From a virus: 64,000 nucleotides of DNA. Positions 1 to 8,566 of the stretch are shown piece after piece. A program made the translations under genes and the position numbers. A model generated the notes under the pieces. That model did no database searches. It had not been told where the DNA came from and saw only the letters and a program-made list of their open reading frames with translations. The stretch spans positions 49,699-113,698 of IMG/VR virus record IMGVR_UViG_3300045988_135203. One strand, 5' to 3'. Position 1 is the stretch's first letter. Every line of letters begins with the position of its first letter.

Positions 1-49
1 TACAATGCCAGACCACCAAAAAGGTGTTAAGGTAATGCGTATTAAATAA
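1..49 (+). CDS. 3' end of an upstream ORF (frame 2, ...TMPDHQKGVKVMRIK*); possibly the scaffold or another head gene, truncated by the window edge
   Basis: Open frame running to TAA at 47-49, immediately upstream of the RBS of the capsid-like gene. No functional evidence. Confidence 0.25.
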   Translation, partial: TMPDHQKGVKVMRIK

Positions 50-67
50 TAAGGGGGGAAGAAGATA

Positions 68-1174
68 ATGTTAGATAGACAAAATCTAGTTCAGTTAATG
101 AAAACAGTTGCAAAGGCTGACCCTTCCGCTCCTACAGCTTATAGTTTTGGTGGACAGAACCTTAGCTATGATGCATTAAATGAAACTCTTCGTAGAGAGC
201 TTAATGAGTTAGCTGGTACATACGCACTGTATCGTGAAAATAAAAATACAATTTTCTCAATTATTGAGGAAACATTAGATGAAGTTCTTCCAAAGAAAGT
301 GGTAGAACAGTATAATCAGTTTGCAGAAACCCGCACATTTGCACAGGGTGATAAAATTCTTTTCAGACGTAAACTTACTTCTAATAATCGTGCTAAGCAG
401 TTTATCACAAGAGTAGGTCTTGCAGGTATTTACGAAGTATTTAAACTTGGTAAAAATGAAGAGAGCTTTGAAGTTCGTACATCTGCTATCGGTGGAGCAG
501 CTCAGATTGGATTTGAGGAGTTCCTTGATGGTCGTGTAGACTTCGCTGAGGTAACAAGAATTGTTATGGAAGGTATGGATGAATTAATCTATAAAGAGGT
601 TGGAGCTGCACTTAAAGCATCTATCAATCAGTTACCTCCAGCAAATAGAGTTGCCGCAACAGGATTTGATGAAGCAGCTTTTGATAAACTTCTTACTATT
701 GCTTCTGCTTATGGAACACCAACAATTTATTGTACATATGAATTTGCAGTAAATATGATTCCTAAAGAAGCTTGGAGATATACAGAAGCTATGAAAGATG
801 AGCTGTGGAGAACAGGACGTCTTGCTTCTTATAAAGGTCACAAAGTTATTATCCTTGAACAGGGATTTGAAGATGAGACTAATAGCCGCAAAGTAATTGA
901 TCCAGGATATGCTTGGATTATTCCTAGTGGTGCTGATGGAAAGCCTGTTAAAATTGCATTTGAAGGAAATACTATTGTTGATGAGTATACAAATGCAGAT
1001 CGTTCTAGAGAGATTCAGGTTTATAAGAAAGTTGGAGTCGTTTGTATGTTAACAAATGATATTTGTGCTTATGTAGATACTTCTCTAATGGGACAGATGG
1101 ATACTTGGAAACTTGATGGTATCACAGGTAAAGTTATTACATTAGATGGCCGCAAAGACGGTACAATCGCGTAA
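68..1174 (+). CDS. putative major capsid protein (368 aa)
   Basis: First gene of the structural array. RBS AAGGGGGGAAGAAG precedes the ATG. A very strong rho-independent terminator follows directly (1205-1247), which is typical of highly expressed MCP genes. Size and position (before the connector genes and the tail genes) fit an HK97-like MCP. No diagnostic motif was verified. Confidence 0.45.
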   Translation: MLDRQNLVQLMKTVAKADPSAPTAYSFGGQNLSYDALNETLRRELNELAGTYALYRENKNTIFSIIEETLDEVLPKKVVEQYNQFAETRTFAQGDKILFRRKLTSNNRAKQFITRVGLAGIYEVFKLGKNEESFEVRTSAIGGAAQIGFEEFLDGRVDFAEVTRIVMEGMDELIYKEVGAALKASINQLPPANRVAATGFDEAAFDKLLTIASAYGTPTIYCTYEFAVNMIPKEAWRYTEAMKDELWRTGRLASYKGHKVIILEQGFEDETNSRKVIDPGYAWIIPSGADGKPVKIAFEGNTIVDEYTNADRSREIQVYKKVGVVCMLTNDICAYVDTSLMGQMDTWKLDGITGKVITLDGRKDGTIA

Positions 1175-1204
1175 TCTATACTCGGTAATTTAATATAAAA
1201 AACT

Positions 1205-1247
1205 GGGGGAGAGGGAGAAGCTTCCCTCTCCCCTTATTTTTATTTGA
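1205..1247 (+). terminator. rho-independent terminator (GGGGAGAGGGA...TCCCTCTCCCC stem followed by a T-tract)
   Basis: Perfect GC-rich inverted repeat GGGGAGAGGGAGAAGCTTCCCTCTCCCC followed by TTATTTTTATTT. Confidence 0.8.
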
Positions 1248-1267
1248 GATAAAGGAGATAAATATAT

Positions 1268-1849
1268 ATGGAAAGTTCAAAAATTCTTAGAGTTAAAAAT
1301 AGAAGTGCAAGTTTGGCTGTATATTCAATTCCAGAGATTAATATTCGTAGAGAATTTGCTCCTGGAGAAACAAAAAATATTACCTATGGCGAATTAGAGA
1401 AACTCTCTTATCAGCCAGGTGGTAGAACTATTATGCAGAACTTCTTGCAAATTATTGACCCAGAAGCTACAGGTGATTTAGGTATCAATCGTGAACCAGA
1501 ATATGATTTAAGTGAACAGCAAATTGTTGATTTAATGACTAAAGGTTCTTTAGATGCTTTTCTTGATTGTCTTGATTTTGCACCTGTTGGAGTAATTGAT
1601 TTAATTAAGAAATTTTCAGTTTCTCTTCCTTTAAATGACATTGATAAAAGAGATGCTCTTAAAAAGAAAACAGGCTTTGATGTAACAGTAGCTCTTGCTA
1701 ATATGCAAAAAGAGAAAGAAGATATGGATGCTCCAGCTGTAGAAAGTAAAGAACGTCGTGTAAAGACCGAGTCTGCTCCAGAAGGGCGTAGAACAACACC
1801 TAAATATAATGTAGTTCAACCTACAACAACAGCAAAATTAGATAAATAA
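1268..1849 (+). CDS. hypothetical head-associated protein (193 aa; possible decoration or head-completion protein)
   Basis: RBS AAAGGAGA 8 nt upstream. Lies directly after the capsid gene. Charged C-terminal tail. Function not recognisable. Confidence 0.55.
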   Translation: MESSKILRVKNRSASLAVYSIPEINIRREFAPGETKNITYGELEKLSYQPGGRTIMQNFLQIIDPEATGDLGINREPEYDLSEQQIVDLMTKGSLDAFLDCLDFAPVGVIDLIKKFSVSLPLNDIDKRDALKKKTGFDVTVALANMQKEKEDMDAPAVESKERRVKTESAPEGRRTTPKYNVVQPTTTAKLDK

Positions 1850-1864
1850 TCAGGAGGATTATAT

Positions 1865-2482
1865 ATGGGTGAACAGAGAAAAGGTACACTTTTTTCTGCT
1901 GTTTATAATCGTTTTCTTGGTAAAATTACAGACGATATGTATATAGAATTAACACCAGAAGATACTATCAAGGATTTGCAAAATCTTTTAATTGATGCAA
2001 TTCCTGGTTTTGAATTTCCTAGACAAGATATCTCTAATTATACTACACAAGTAGTACAAATTAAAGAAGATGAAGTTCTTGATGGAGATTTTATTATTGG
2101 TGTCGTATGGGATGATTTAGAAGAAAATATCGTCGAAACTCCAGACGTATTAGTTGACCGCTCTTGCTTTGCTGCAAATCTTACTTCTGAAGAAATTAAT
2201 ATATTAGCTTTATTAATGAAACAAAGTTGGGTTCAAAGGCAAGTTAATTCAATAGAAAATACCAGAATGAAATATTATGGAAGTGATTTTAAAATGACTT
2301 CTCAAGCAAATCATTTATCTAAGTTAATGAATTTACTTGAAACCGCAAAAACGGAGTCTTTTCATATGCAACGTTTATATAAACGTAGAAGATTGGATGA
2401 TAAAGGTTATTATCATTCTAATTGGACTGTGTTGCGAGAAAGGAGTGCTTTAGATGCCAATGGGTACTATCCTCCTCGATAA
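1865..2482 (+). CDS. putative head-tail connector/adaptor protein (205 aa)
   Basis: RBS AGGAGG. Position and size are typical of gp6/gp15-like adaptor proteins between the capsid and tail genes. No motif confirmed. Confidence 0.45.
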   Translation: MGEQRKGTLFSAVYNRFLGKITDDMYIELTPEDTIKDLQNLLIDAIPGFEFPRQDISNYTTQVVQIKEDEVLDGDFIIGVVWDDLEENIVETPDVLVDRSCFAANLTSEEINILALLMKQSWVQRQVNSIENTRMKYYGSDFKMTSQANHLSKLMNLLETAKTESFHMQRLYKRRRLDDKGYYHSNWTVLRERSALDANGYYPPR

Positions 2483-2765
2483 ATATAATATTGGTTTTTC
2501 TAATGAAGATATAGCTAAAAATGTTCAACGTTTAACTAATCAATTATGGAAATTAATTCCAATGCGTGAACATAAAGAAGATTGGTCAAAACAACTTGAT
2601 ACTGTTATTATAGAAATTACTGGGCTTAATGAAATTTTCATTGGGCCTACTTTTTTACAATTACTTAGTAAATTAGAGGGCTTGCGAGTTAAAGATACTA
2701 CATTTGAGCTATACCGTAAGACTATATTTGAATGTATAAGTCTTTTACAGGAGCTAAACGGATGA
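2454..2765 (+). CDS. small neck/head-closure-like protein (103 aa)
   Basis: RBS AAAGGAG 7 nt upstream of ATG 2454. Overlaps the previous gene by 29 nt, suggesting translational coupling. Size typical of stopper or head-closure proteins. Confidence 0.45.
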   Translation: MPMGTILLDKYNIGFSNEDIAKNVQRLTNQLWKLIPMREHKEDWSKQLDTVIIEITGLNEIFIGPTFLQLLSKLEGLRVKDTTFELYRKTIFECISLLQELNG

Positions 2766-3886
2766 CACGTTATAAAGAAGATAGCAACCCCTCTTTAAAT
2801 TTAATGCTAAGACGTTTAGGAGTTTTTAATGATTCAAAGCCAACCAGCGCTCCTTTAGAACGCCCAAATCCATTAAAAATGCGGGCGCAAGATAATATTG
2901 AAGGTGTAACTAATATTGCTGGTCGAATGAAAGTAAATGGCGGTTATTATCAGCAAGAGAGAATGATTTTTGATAAACGCCGCACTTTAGAAAGGGCTTT
3001 ATTATATTCTTATCAAAGTGCGAATGTTAAAAAATTAACTCAAGATTTGTCTGATTTAAAAGAAGAAGGAATAATTGAAACTAGAGTTTTAATTAATCCT
3101 GATAAAACAAAACAAAGTTATGATGATAAAATAATATCTGGATATTATGAAGACGGATGGAAACCCGGAGATGTATTTGAATGGACAGGTACTCAGACTC
3201 ATTGGCTAATATATTTACAAGATACAACTGAATTAGCTTATTTTAGAGGAAGCATAAGACGTTGTAGTTATACAGTTAATTGGGAAGATGAGGATGGATT
3301 ACATTCTAGCTATATGGCAGTTCAAGGTCCAGTAGAAACTAGAATTGATTATGTTCAAAAACATGAAATTAGTATTGATAAACCAAATTTTTCACTTGAT
3401 ATATTAATGCCCGCAAATGAAGCTACAGTTAAGTATTTTCGTCGATACGCTAAATTCTATTTAAAGGGATTAATTAAAGGTTCACCTGACATTTGTTGGA
3501 GAACAGAAGCTGTAGATTGGATTAGCACTCCTGGAATAATAAGAATTCATGCAGTTGAATACTATATCAATAAAGAAGAAGATGATGTAGAAAAAGGATT
3601 AGTTGGAAGCTTAATAACTAAACCAGAAAATCCAAATTCAAACAATGTTGAACAAATGATTGAAGGACCATCCTTTATTAAACCAAAACTTGAATATGAA
3701 TTTACTTGGACAGGTATTTCAGGAAAGCAATGGTCTGTTGATAAAAGAAAATATCCAGTTAAATTAGTAATAGATAATGAAGACCCTAAGAAGTGTAAAA
3801 TTAAATGGATTGCTCCTGTAAGTGGTCAATTTGAACTTACTTGCGGCAATGTAACTAAAACTATTATAGTAGAGTCTTTATTTTAA
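2762..3886 (+). CDS. hypothetical virion structural protein (374 aa from ATG 2762)
   Basis: The ORF track starts at 2732. An ATG at 2762 has a better RBS (AGGAG 7 nt upstream) and forms an ATGA start/stop overlap with the previous gene. Function unknown. Confidence 0.5.
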   Translation: MTRYKEDSNPSLNLMLRRLGVFNDSKPTSAPLERPNPLKMRAQDNIEGVTNIAGRMKVNGGYYQQERMIFDKRRTLERALLYSYQSANVKKLTQDLSDLKEEGIIETRVLINPDKTKQSYDDKIISGYYEDGWKPGDVFEWTGTQTHWLIYLQDTTELAYFRGSIRRCSYTVNWEDEDGLHSSYMAVQGPVETRIDYVQKHEISIDKPNFSLDILMPANEATVKYFRRYAKFYLKGLIKGSPDICWRTEAVDWISTPGIIRIHAVEYYINKEEDDVEKGLVGSLITKPENPNSNNVEQMIEGPSFIKPKLEYEFTWTGISGKQWSVDKRKYPVKLVIDNEDPKKCKIKWIAPVSGQFELTCGNVTKTIIVESLF

Positions 3887-3904
3887 GAGTTAAAGGAGAT
3901 TTGG

Positions 3905-4489
3905 TTGATGAAAGTAGAGAATTATAAACCGACTAAATCAAGTTTTTTATCTATTGAAAAAGATATATCTATAATTATAGATAGTATTTTTTCTAATAAA
4001 ACTTTATTAAAGTTACTTTATTATGCATCTAAAGATGCTCTTGAAAGACCGGCTTTAACTGAAGAACAAAAATTGGAAATGGTAGATAAGAATATAAAAA
4101 TTAGACCAAAAGTCTATGTTGATAATGATGTAAAAACTTATATAATAATTAGAATTAGAGATTTTGTTCCTAGCTCAAATCCAGAATATCGAAGTTGTAT
4201 AATTGAATTTGATATTTGTTGTCATATGGAGCAATGGGCTATGAAAGATTTTAAATTACGTCCTTATAGAATCGCCGCAGAATTAGATTCAATGTTTACA
4301 AATAAGCATTTATCTGGAATAGGAACTTTAGATTTTGCAGGAACTAGTGATTTAAACCTAACAGATGAGTATTGTGGTTTATGTTTACAATTTTTAGCTT
4401 ATCATGGAGATGAAGATAAAAATAATGTACAACCAAAAGAAAATCCAGCTCATGTACAAGATTTTAAAGATATTATAGAGGATTATTAA
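3905..4489 (+). CDS. hypothetical neck/tail-completion-sized protein (194 aa)
   Basis: RBS AAAGGAG upstream. TTG at 3905 or ATG at 3908 could be the start. Sits within the connector gene block. Confidence 0.5.
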   Translation: MMKVENYKPTKSSFLSIEKDISIIIDSIFSNKTLLKLLYYASKDALERPALTEEQKLEMVDKNIKIRPKVYVDNDVKTYIIIRIRDFVPSSNPEYRSCIIEFDICCHMEQWAMKDFKLRPYRIAAELDSMFTNKHLSGIGTLDFAGTSDLNLTDEYCGLCLQFLAYHGDEDKNNVQPKENPAHVQDFKDIIEDY

Positions 4490-4490
4490 T

Positions 4491-5216
4491 ATGGATTTAC
4501 GTCTAGCACTTATGTCTGGAATTGACATACCGGTGCCGGAATGCCAAGTTATTTTACATCAACCGACTATAAAAGAAATTGCTTTTATAGGAAATGAAGA
4601 TTTTTTCATTGGTGTTCAAACACTTTGTCTTTATAAAAGCATGTTTGTAGAGGACAAAAAAGTTCTAGAAGAAATAAATAACTTTCAGATATTTATGACA
4701 GTAATGAATGATAAAGAGTGCGCTGATAAAAAACATGATGTTATGCAAATTTTAACATTATTATTTCCTGGGGCGCAAATATTATTCACTCCACGCTCTT
4801 TGGTAATTAATGGTTTACCTTCTGGAAGTGTTACTATAGATGCTAACAATTTTGAGTTTTTACAAGAAGCTTTAAGATTAATATTTTGTAGTAAAACTGG
4901 TCCAATGGATCAACAGGCTTTCAACCCAGCCGATGATAAAGCTAGAGAAATAGCTCAAAAGCTAATGCGTGGTCGTCAACGTGTTGCCGCACAAAAGGGA
5001 GAATCAAATTCTTGTGTATTTACGCAATATATTTCTATTTTAACTGTTGCATTAAGAATACCTCCGCAAGAATTATTAAATTGTACAATGTATCAATTAT
5101 ATGATTTAATGGAAAGATATTCTTTATATAATGCATGGGATTTAGATGTGCGGGTAAGGCTTGCCGGAGGCAAACCAGATTCTCAACCTGACAATTGGAT
5201 GAAAAATATCCATTGA
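4491..5216 (+). CDS. hypothetical structural protein (241 aa; possibly tail terminator/completion)
   Basis: Starts 1 nt after the stop of the previous gene. Sits within the connector-to-tail transition. No motif recognised. Confidence 0.5.
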   Translation: MDLRLALMSGIDIPVPECQVILHQPTIKEIAFIGNEDFFIGVQTLCLYKSMFVEDKKVLEEINNFQIFMTVMNDKECADKKHDVMQILTLLFPGAQILFTPRSLVINGLPSGSVTIDANNFEFLQEALRLIFCSKTGPMDQQAFNPADDKAREIAQKLMRGRQRVAAQKGESNSCVFTQYISILTVALRIPPQELLNCTMYQLYDLMERYSLYNAWDLDVRVRLAGGKPDSQPDNWMKNIH

Positions 5217-5291
5217 ACAAGTTATTTATTTATTTCTTTTAAATAAATAATTTATTTTATATTTATGAAATTTATAAGGAGGAAATAGCTT

Positions 5292-6293
5292 ATGCGATTC
5301 GGTGTCCGCGAAATTTGTGATGTTGTATTAAAGGCTAAATCAGCACAAAAAATCGGTAACAAAATCTTTTATGCTAACGAGCCTGTAATTTATTTTGATA
5401 CACTGAAAACTTCTAGCCTTGAAGGTGCAGCTACTACAGTATATGCACAGGGTGGTAGAGGTAATGCTCGTTTAGTAGCTTGGGAAGGTGAAAGAACAGT
5501 AACCTTCACTATGGAAGATGCTCTTATTTCTCCAGAAGGATTTATGATTCTTTCTGGTGCAGGACTTATTAATTCTTCTGAAAAGAAACCTATTTATCAG
5601 CATGTTACAGAAACTATTGATGCTACAATGGTTAAAGTTTCTGGTGAGGATGAAGAGCTAGAGTATCAGATTGAACTTAGTAAGAAACCTTATCTTCCAG
5701 CAGATAAAAATGATAACTTCGCTTATGTAATGTTTATGAAAAATGGTGAGATTGTATCTGAGCCATATATTCCAGTACATGAAGAAGTTGACAAAAATGA
5801 TGATGGTTATTATGTGCTTAGAGTAAGAGCTCATAAAGCATATAGCGGCGTAGCCCCAGGAGAAGAGAATGCTCATCAATATGCACTTGATAAAACTTCT
5901 TGGAATGCTACTACATTTGATAGTGTTTTAGTAGATTATTACGTAGAACATGCAGGTTCTGATGCACAACAGATTGAAATTACCGCAGATAAATTTGGTG
6001 GTAACTATTATCTTGAGGCTTCTACATTATTCCGTGATACTAATGGTGTAGATATGCCTGCTGAATTTATTATTCCTAACTGCAAGATTCAATCTAACTT
6101 TACATTCACAATGGCATCTTCTGGAGACCCAAGTACATTTACATTTACTATGGATGCATTCCCAGACTATACAAGATTTGACCACAGTAAGAAAGTTCTT
6201 GCTGCAATTCAAATTATTAAAGATGCAGGAAGTCAAGATTTACATCGTCATAGTACTGCTCATGAAGCAGCTCATGATTCATTATCTTGGTAA
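5292..6293 (+). CDS. putative major tail (tube) protein with a C-terminal extension (333 aa)
   Basis: Strong RBS AAGGAGG. Preceded by an AT-rich palindromic spacer and followed by a strong terminator (6310-6343). This matches the usual expression pattern of abundant tail tube proteins. Position is upstream of the chaperone and TMP. The fold itself was not verified. Confidence 0.4.
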   Translation: MRFGVREICDVVLKAKSAQKIGNKIFYANEPVIYFDTLKTSSLEGAATTVYAQGGRGNARLVAWEGERTVTFTMEDALISPEGFMILSGAGLINSSEKKPIYQHVTETIDATMVKVSGEDEELEYQIELSKKPYLPADKNDNFAYVMFMKNGEIVSEPYIPVHEEVDKNDDGYYVLRVRAHKAYSGVAPGEENAHQYALDKTSWNATTFDSVLVDYYVEHAGSDAQQIEITADKFGGNYYLEASTLFRDTNGVDMPAEFIIPNCKIQSNFTFTMASSGDPSTFTFTMDAFPDYTRFDHSKKVLAAIQIIKDAGSQDLHRHSTAHEAAHDSLSW

Positions 6294-6309
6294 TTAAATA
6301 ATGATTTTT

Positions 6310-6343
6310 AGGGGAGAGATTTTATATCTCTCCCCTAATTTTG
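6310..6343 (+). terminator. rho-independent terminator (AGGGGAGAGAT / ATCTCTCCCCT)
   Basis: 11-bp perfect stem with a 5-nt loop, followed by AATTTT. Confidence 0.75.
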
Positions 6344-6361
6344 CGTTAAAGGAGAATTTAT

Positions 6362-7837
6362 ATGGCAGAAATAAGTTTTGATGAATATTTTAACTTTCCA
6401 GATACTTATAAACAAAATTTATTAAATGCTACAACAACTGTTAAAGAAAAAATTTCATCTTTGAATAGAGTTAATCCTGATGAATATGCAAAGTTAGAAA
6501 ATTATTTAAACAGTATTTTTTATCCATCAGAAGATAATGCTGATGGAGTAGCTTATAGTAAACAATTTATGAATAGATTGCGGTCTTTGTATGAAGCAAA
6601 AACTGATAAAGTTATTACGAGCGATATTGGCGATTTAACATATAAAGCTTTAAATAAAAAGCCTACTTTAGATAGAAGTGTTAATGTACACAGAGCTTCT
6701 TTAAGAACTATGAAAAGCCAATATGATGCAATAGTTAATGTAATTAATAATTTAGCTGATACAGAAAATGCTAAAGAAATTCAGGCGGTTTTAGATGAAG
6801 TTAATAAACAATATGGTAACGTTTTAGCTACTATAGAAGATGTATTAAAAACTTATGAAGATGAAGGAGAAACTACTCAAATTGGTAAAGGTATAGTTAA
6901 AAAGCATGGTGGAAATTTTGAAAAAATAAATGAAGCACAGAATGGATTAAGAGCTTTATACAATACTTTTAATAATGCTGGATTAATTATACTTCCTATA
7001 GACTATGGAGATTTTCTTGAATATGGATTAGGTTTATTATCAAATGAAATGGCTGAAATAACAGATAATTTTGAGGATGAAGTTATTGAATATATGCAAG
7101 ATAAAATTGTATTAGGTGGTCAAAATGTTGCACGTGGTGGTGGTTTAGTAGATGTAGATATGTCTATTAAATCTGATTTCAAGAAAAAGACAAAAAAGAT
7201 TGAAAATGGTTCAACCAAAATCTTCTGGCAATATCAAAATATTACTCTTAGTTATGATCCTTCTAATATAACAGTTTTAAATACTGGTGTTAAAAAGCAA
7301 GGTAAAGTCGATGTAATGCTAACATTACCAGATGCAATGGGCGGTGAAAAATTTAGAATTTCCGCAAAGAACTGGAAAACAATAGATGAATTAAGAAATT
7401 TAGGTTCTACTTCTCTTATGGATGCAATACATAGAAATACTGGAGATTTAGAATTAGATTATTATATGTTATCTATGCAAAACCCAAAAGAAGTATATAT
7501 GCAGGCTGCAGATGAGCTAGCTAAGATTTGTATTTTTGCGGATATTGCTATGGGTTTGTCCCAGGAAGAAGGTTATGCGGATACATTGGTTATAAATGAT
7601 AGAACTGCAAAACATCTATATGTTCGTAATATTCCTCAAATGATATTAGATGCGGTTAATAAGAATTTATCTAGTTTAGCATTAAAAGGGTATGATGTAT
7701 CTTCTATTAGTGAAGAAGCCGCGAAGGCTAGACAAATAGCCATGAAATTAAAAGAAGGTCGTCTTGAGGAATATTTTAGAATTTTTAGAAGTCAATTAAG
7801 AAGTATTGAGGTTTCTGTTCAGTTTTTAGCCCCATAA
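6362..7837 (+). CDS. hypothetical tail-associated protein (491 aa)
   Basis: RBS AAAGGAGAA. Lies between the putative tube gene and the chaperone-like gene. Too large for a canonical gpG chaperone and has no tube or sheath signature that I can verify. Confidence 0.5.
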   Translation: MAEISFDEYFNFPDTYKQNLLNATTTVKEKISSLNRVNPDEYAKLENYLNSIFYPSEDNADGVAYSKQFMNRLRSLYEAKTDKVITSDIGDLTYKALNKKPTLDRSVNVHRASLRTMKSQYDAIVNVINNLADTENAKEIQAVLDEVNKQYGNVLATIEDVLKTYEDEGETTQIGKGIVKKHGGNFEKINEAQNGLRALYNTFNNAGLIILPIDYGDFLEYGLGLLSNEMAEITDNFEDEVIEYMQDKIVLGGQNVARGGGLVDVDMSIKSDFKKKTKKIENGSTKIFWQYQNITLSYDPSNITVLNTGVKKQGKVDVMLTLPDAMGGEKFRISAKNWKTIDELRNLGSTSLMDAIHRNTGDLELDYYMLSMQNPKEVYMQAADELAKICIFADIAMGLSQEEGYADTLVINDRTAKHLYVRNIPQMILDAVNKNLSSLALKGYDVSSISEEAAKARQIAMKLKEGRLEEYFRIFRSQLRSIEVSVQFLAP

Positions 7838-7913
7838 TCTAAAAATTTGACTTTGTTATTTTTTTTCGTTACAATTAACATATAAAACAAGTGAAAAAGG
7901 AGAAAAAGTTAGA

Positions 7914-8441
7914 ATGGCTAAAGTAACTTTTAACAAACTAAATTTAACTAAGAATACAGAAATAAAAAATATAGATATTAATGAAAATATTATAGAAGTT
8001 AAACAATATTTACCAGTAGAAGAAAAACTTGAATTAATTTCTTATATTGTAAATATGGCACATGATGAAGATTATAATTTTTCAAATCCTGTAAAAGTTG
8101 AAGTATTTGCGGGAATTGGTATTATTAAATATTATACTAACATAACATTTACTGAAAAACAACTTGAAAATCCTGCAAAAATTTATGATTTATTAAATTC
8201 CAATAATGTTATTAATAATGTTATTGCGGCAATACCAAGTAATGAATATGATGAAATCCGCACTGGTATTGAAGATACAATTAAATCTATTTATCAATAT
8301 CAAAATAGTGCACTTGGTATTTTAGATACCATTGGTCAGGATTATTCAGATTTAAATCTAGAAGCTGATACTATAAATGAAAAACTTAGTAACCCAGATA
8401 ATATGAAGTTACTTCGTGATGTGTTAGCCAAATTAGGTTAA
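7914..8441 (+). CDS. putative tail assembly chaperone (acidic, 175 aa)
   Basis: RBS AAAGGAG. Small, acidic and located immediately upstream of the TMP, which is the classic gpG/XkdN-like chaperone position. No -1 frameshift partner ORF is evident. Confidence 0.4.
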   Translation: MAKVTFNKLNLTKNTEIKNIDINENIIEVKQYLPVEEKLELISYIVNMAHDEDYNFSNPVKVEVFAGIGIIKYYTNITFTEKQLENPAKIYDLLNSNNVINNVIAAIPSNEYDEIRTGIEDTIKSIYQYQNSALGILDTIGQDYSDLNLEADTINEKLSNPDNMKLLRDVLAKLG

Positions 8442-8478
8442 TTATATTACTTTAGAAATTAAATTTAATAGGAGTTAA

Positions 8479-8514
8479 GGGAAGAGTTAATTATTAACTC
8501 TTCCCTCTTTTTTT
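8479..8514 (+). terminator. rho-independent terminator (GGGAAGAGTTAA / TTAACTCTTCCC)
   Basis: 12-bp perfect stem, 3-nt loop, followed by TCTTTTTTT. Confidence 0.8.
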
Positions 8515-8566
8515 ATTTTGCGCAAGATAAAGAGAGAAATAACGGAGAGAAAGGAGTAAAATAAAA

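Noticed and set aside
5217-5291. AT-rich palindrome (TTATTTATTTATTTC...AAATAAATAATTTATTT) upstream of the putative major tail gene, considered as a terminator or promoter
   Set aside because: The stem is entirely A/T and there is no clear -35/-10 pair. It cannot be distinguished from background AT-rich sequence and is left unannotated.
6362-8441. Searched for a gpG/gpGT-type programmed -1 frameshift between the ORFs upstream of the TMP
   Set aside because: ORFs 6362-7837 and 7914-8441 are separated by 76 nt and do not overlap. The 175-aa ORF ends in a stop followed immediately by a terminator. No overlapping out-of-frame extension or slippery heptamer context was found, so no frameshift is called.
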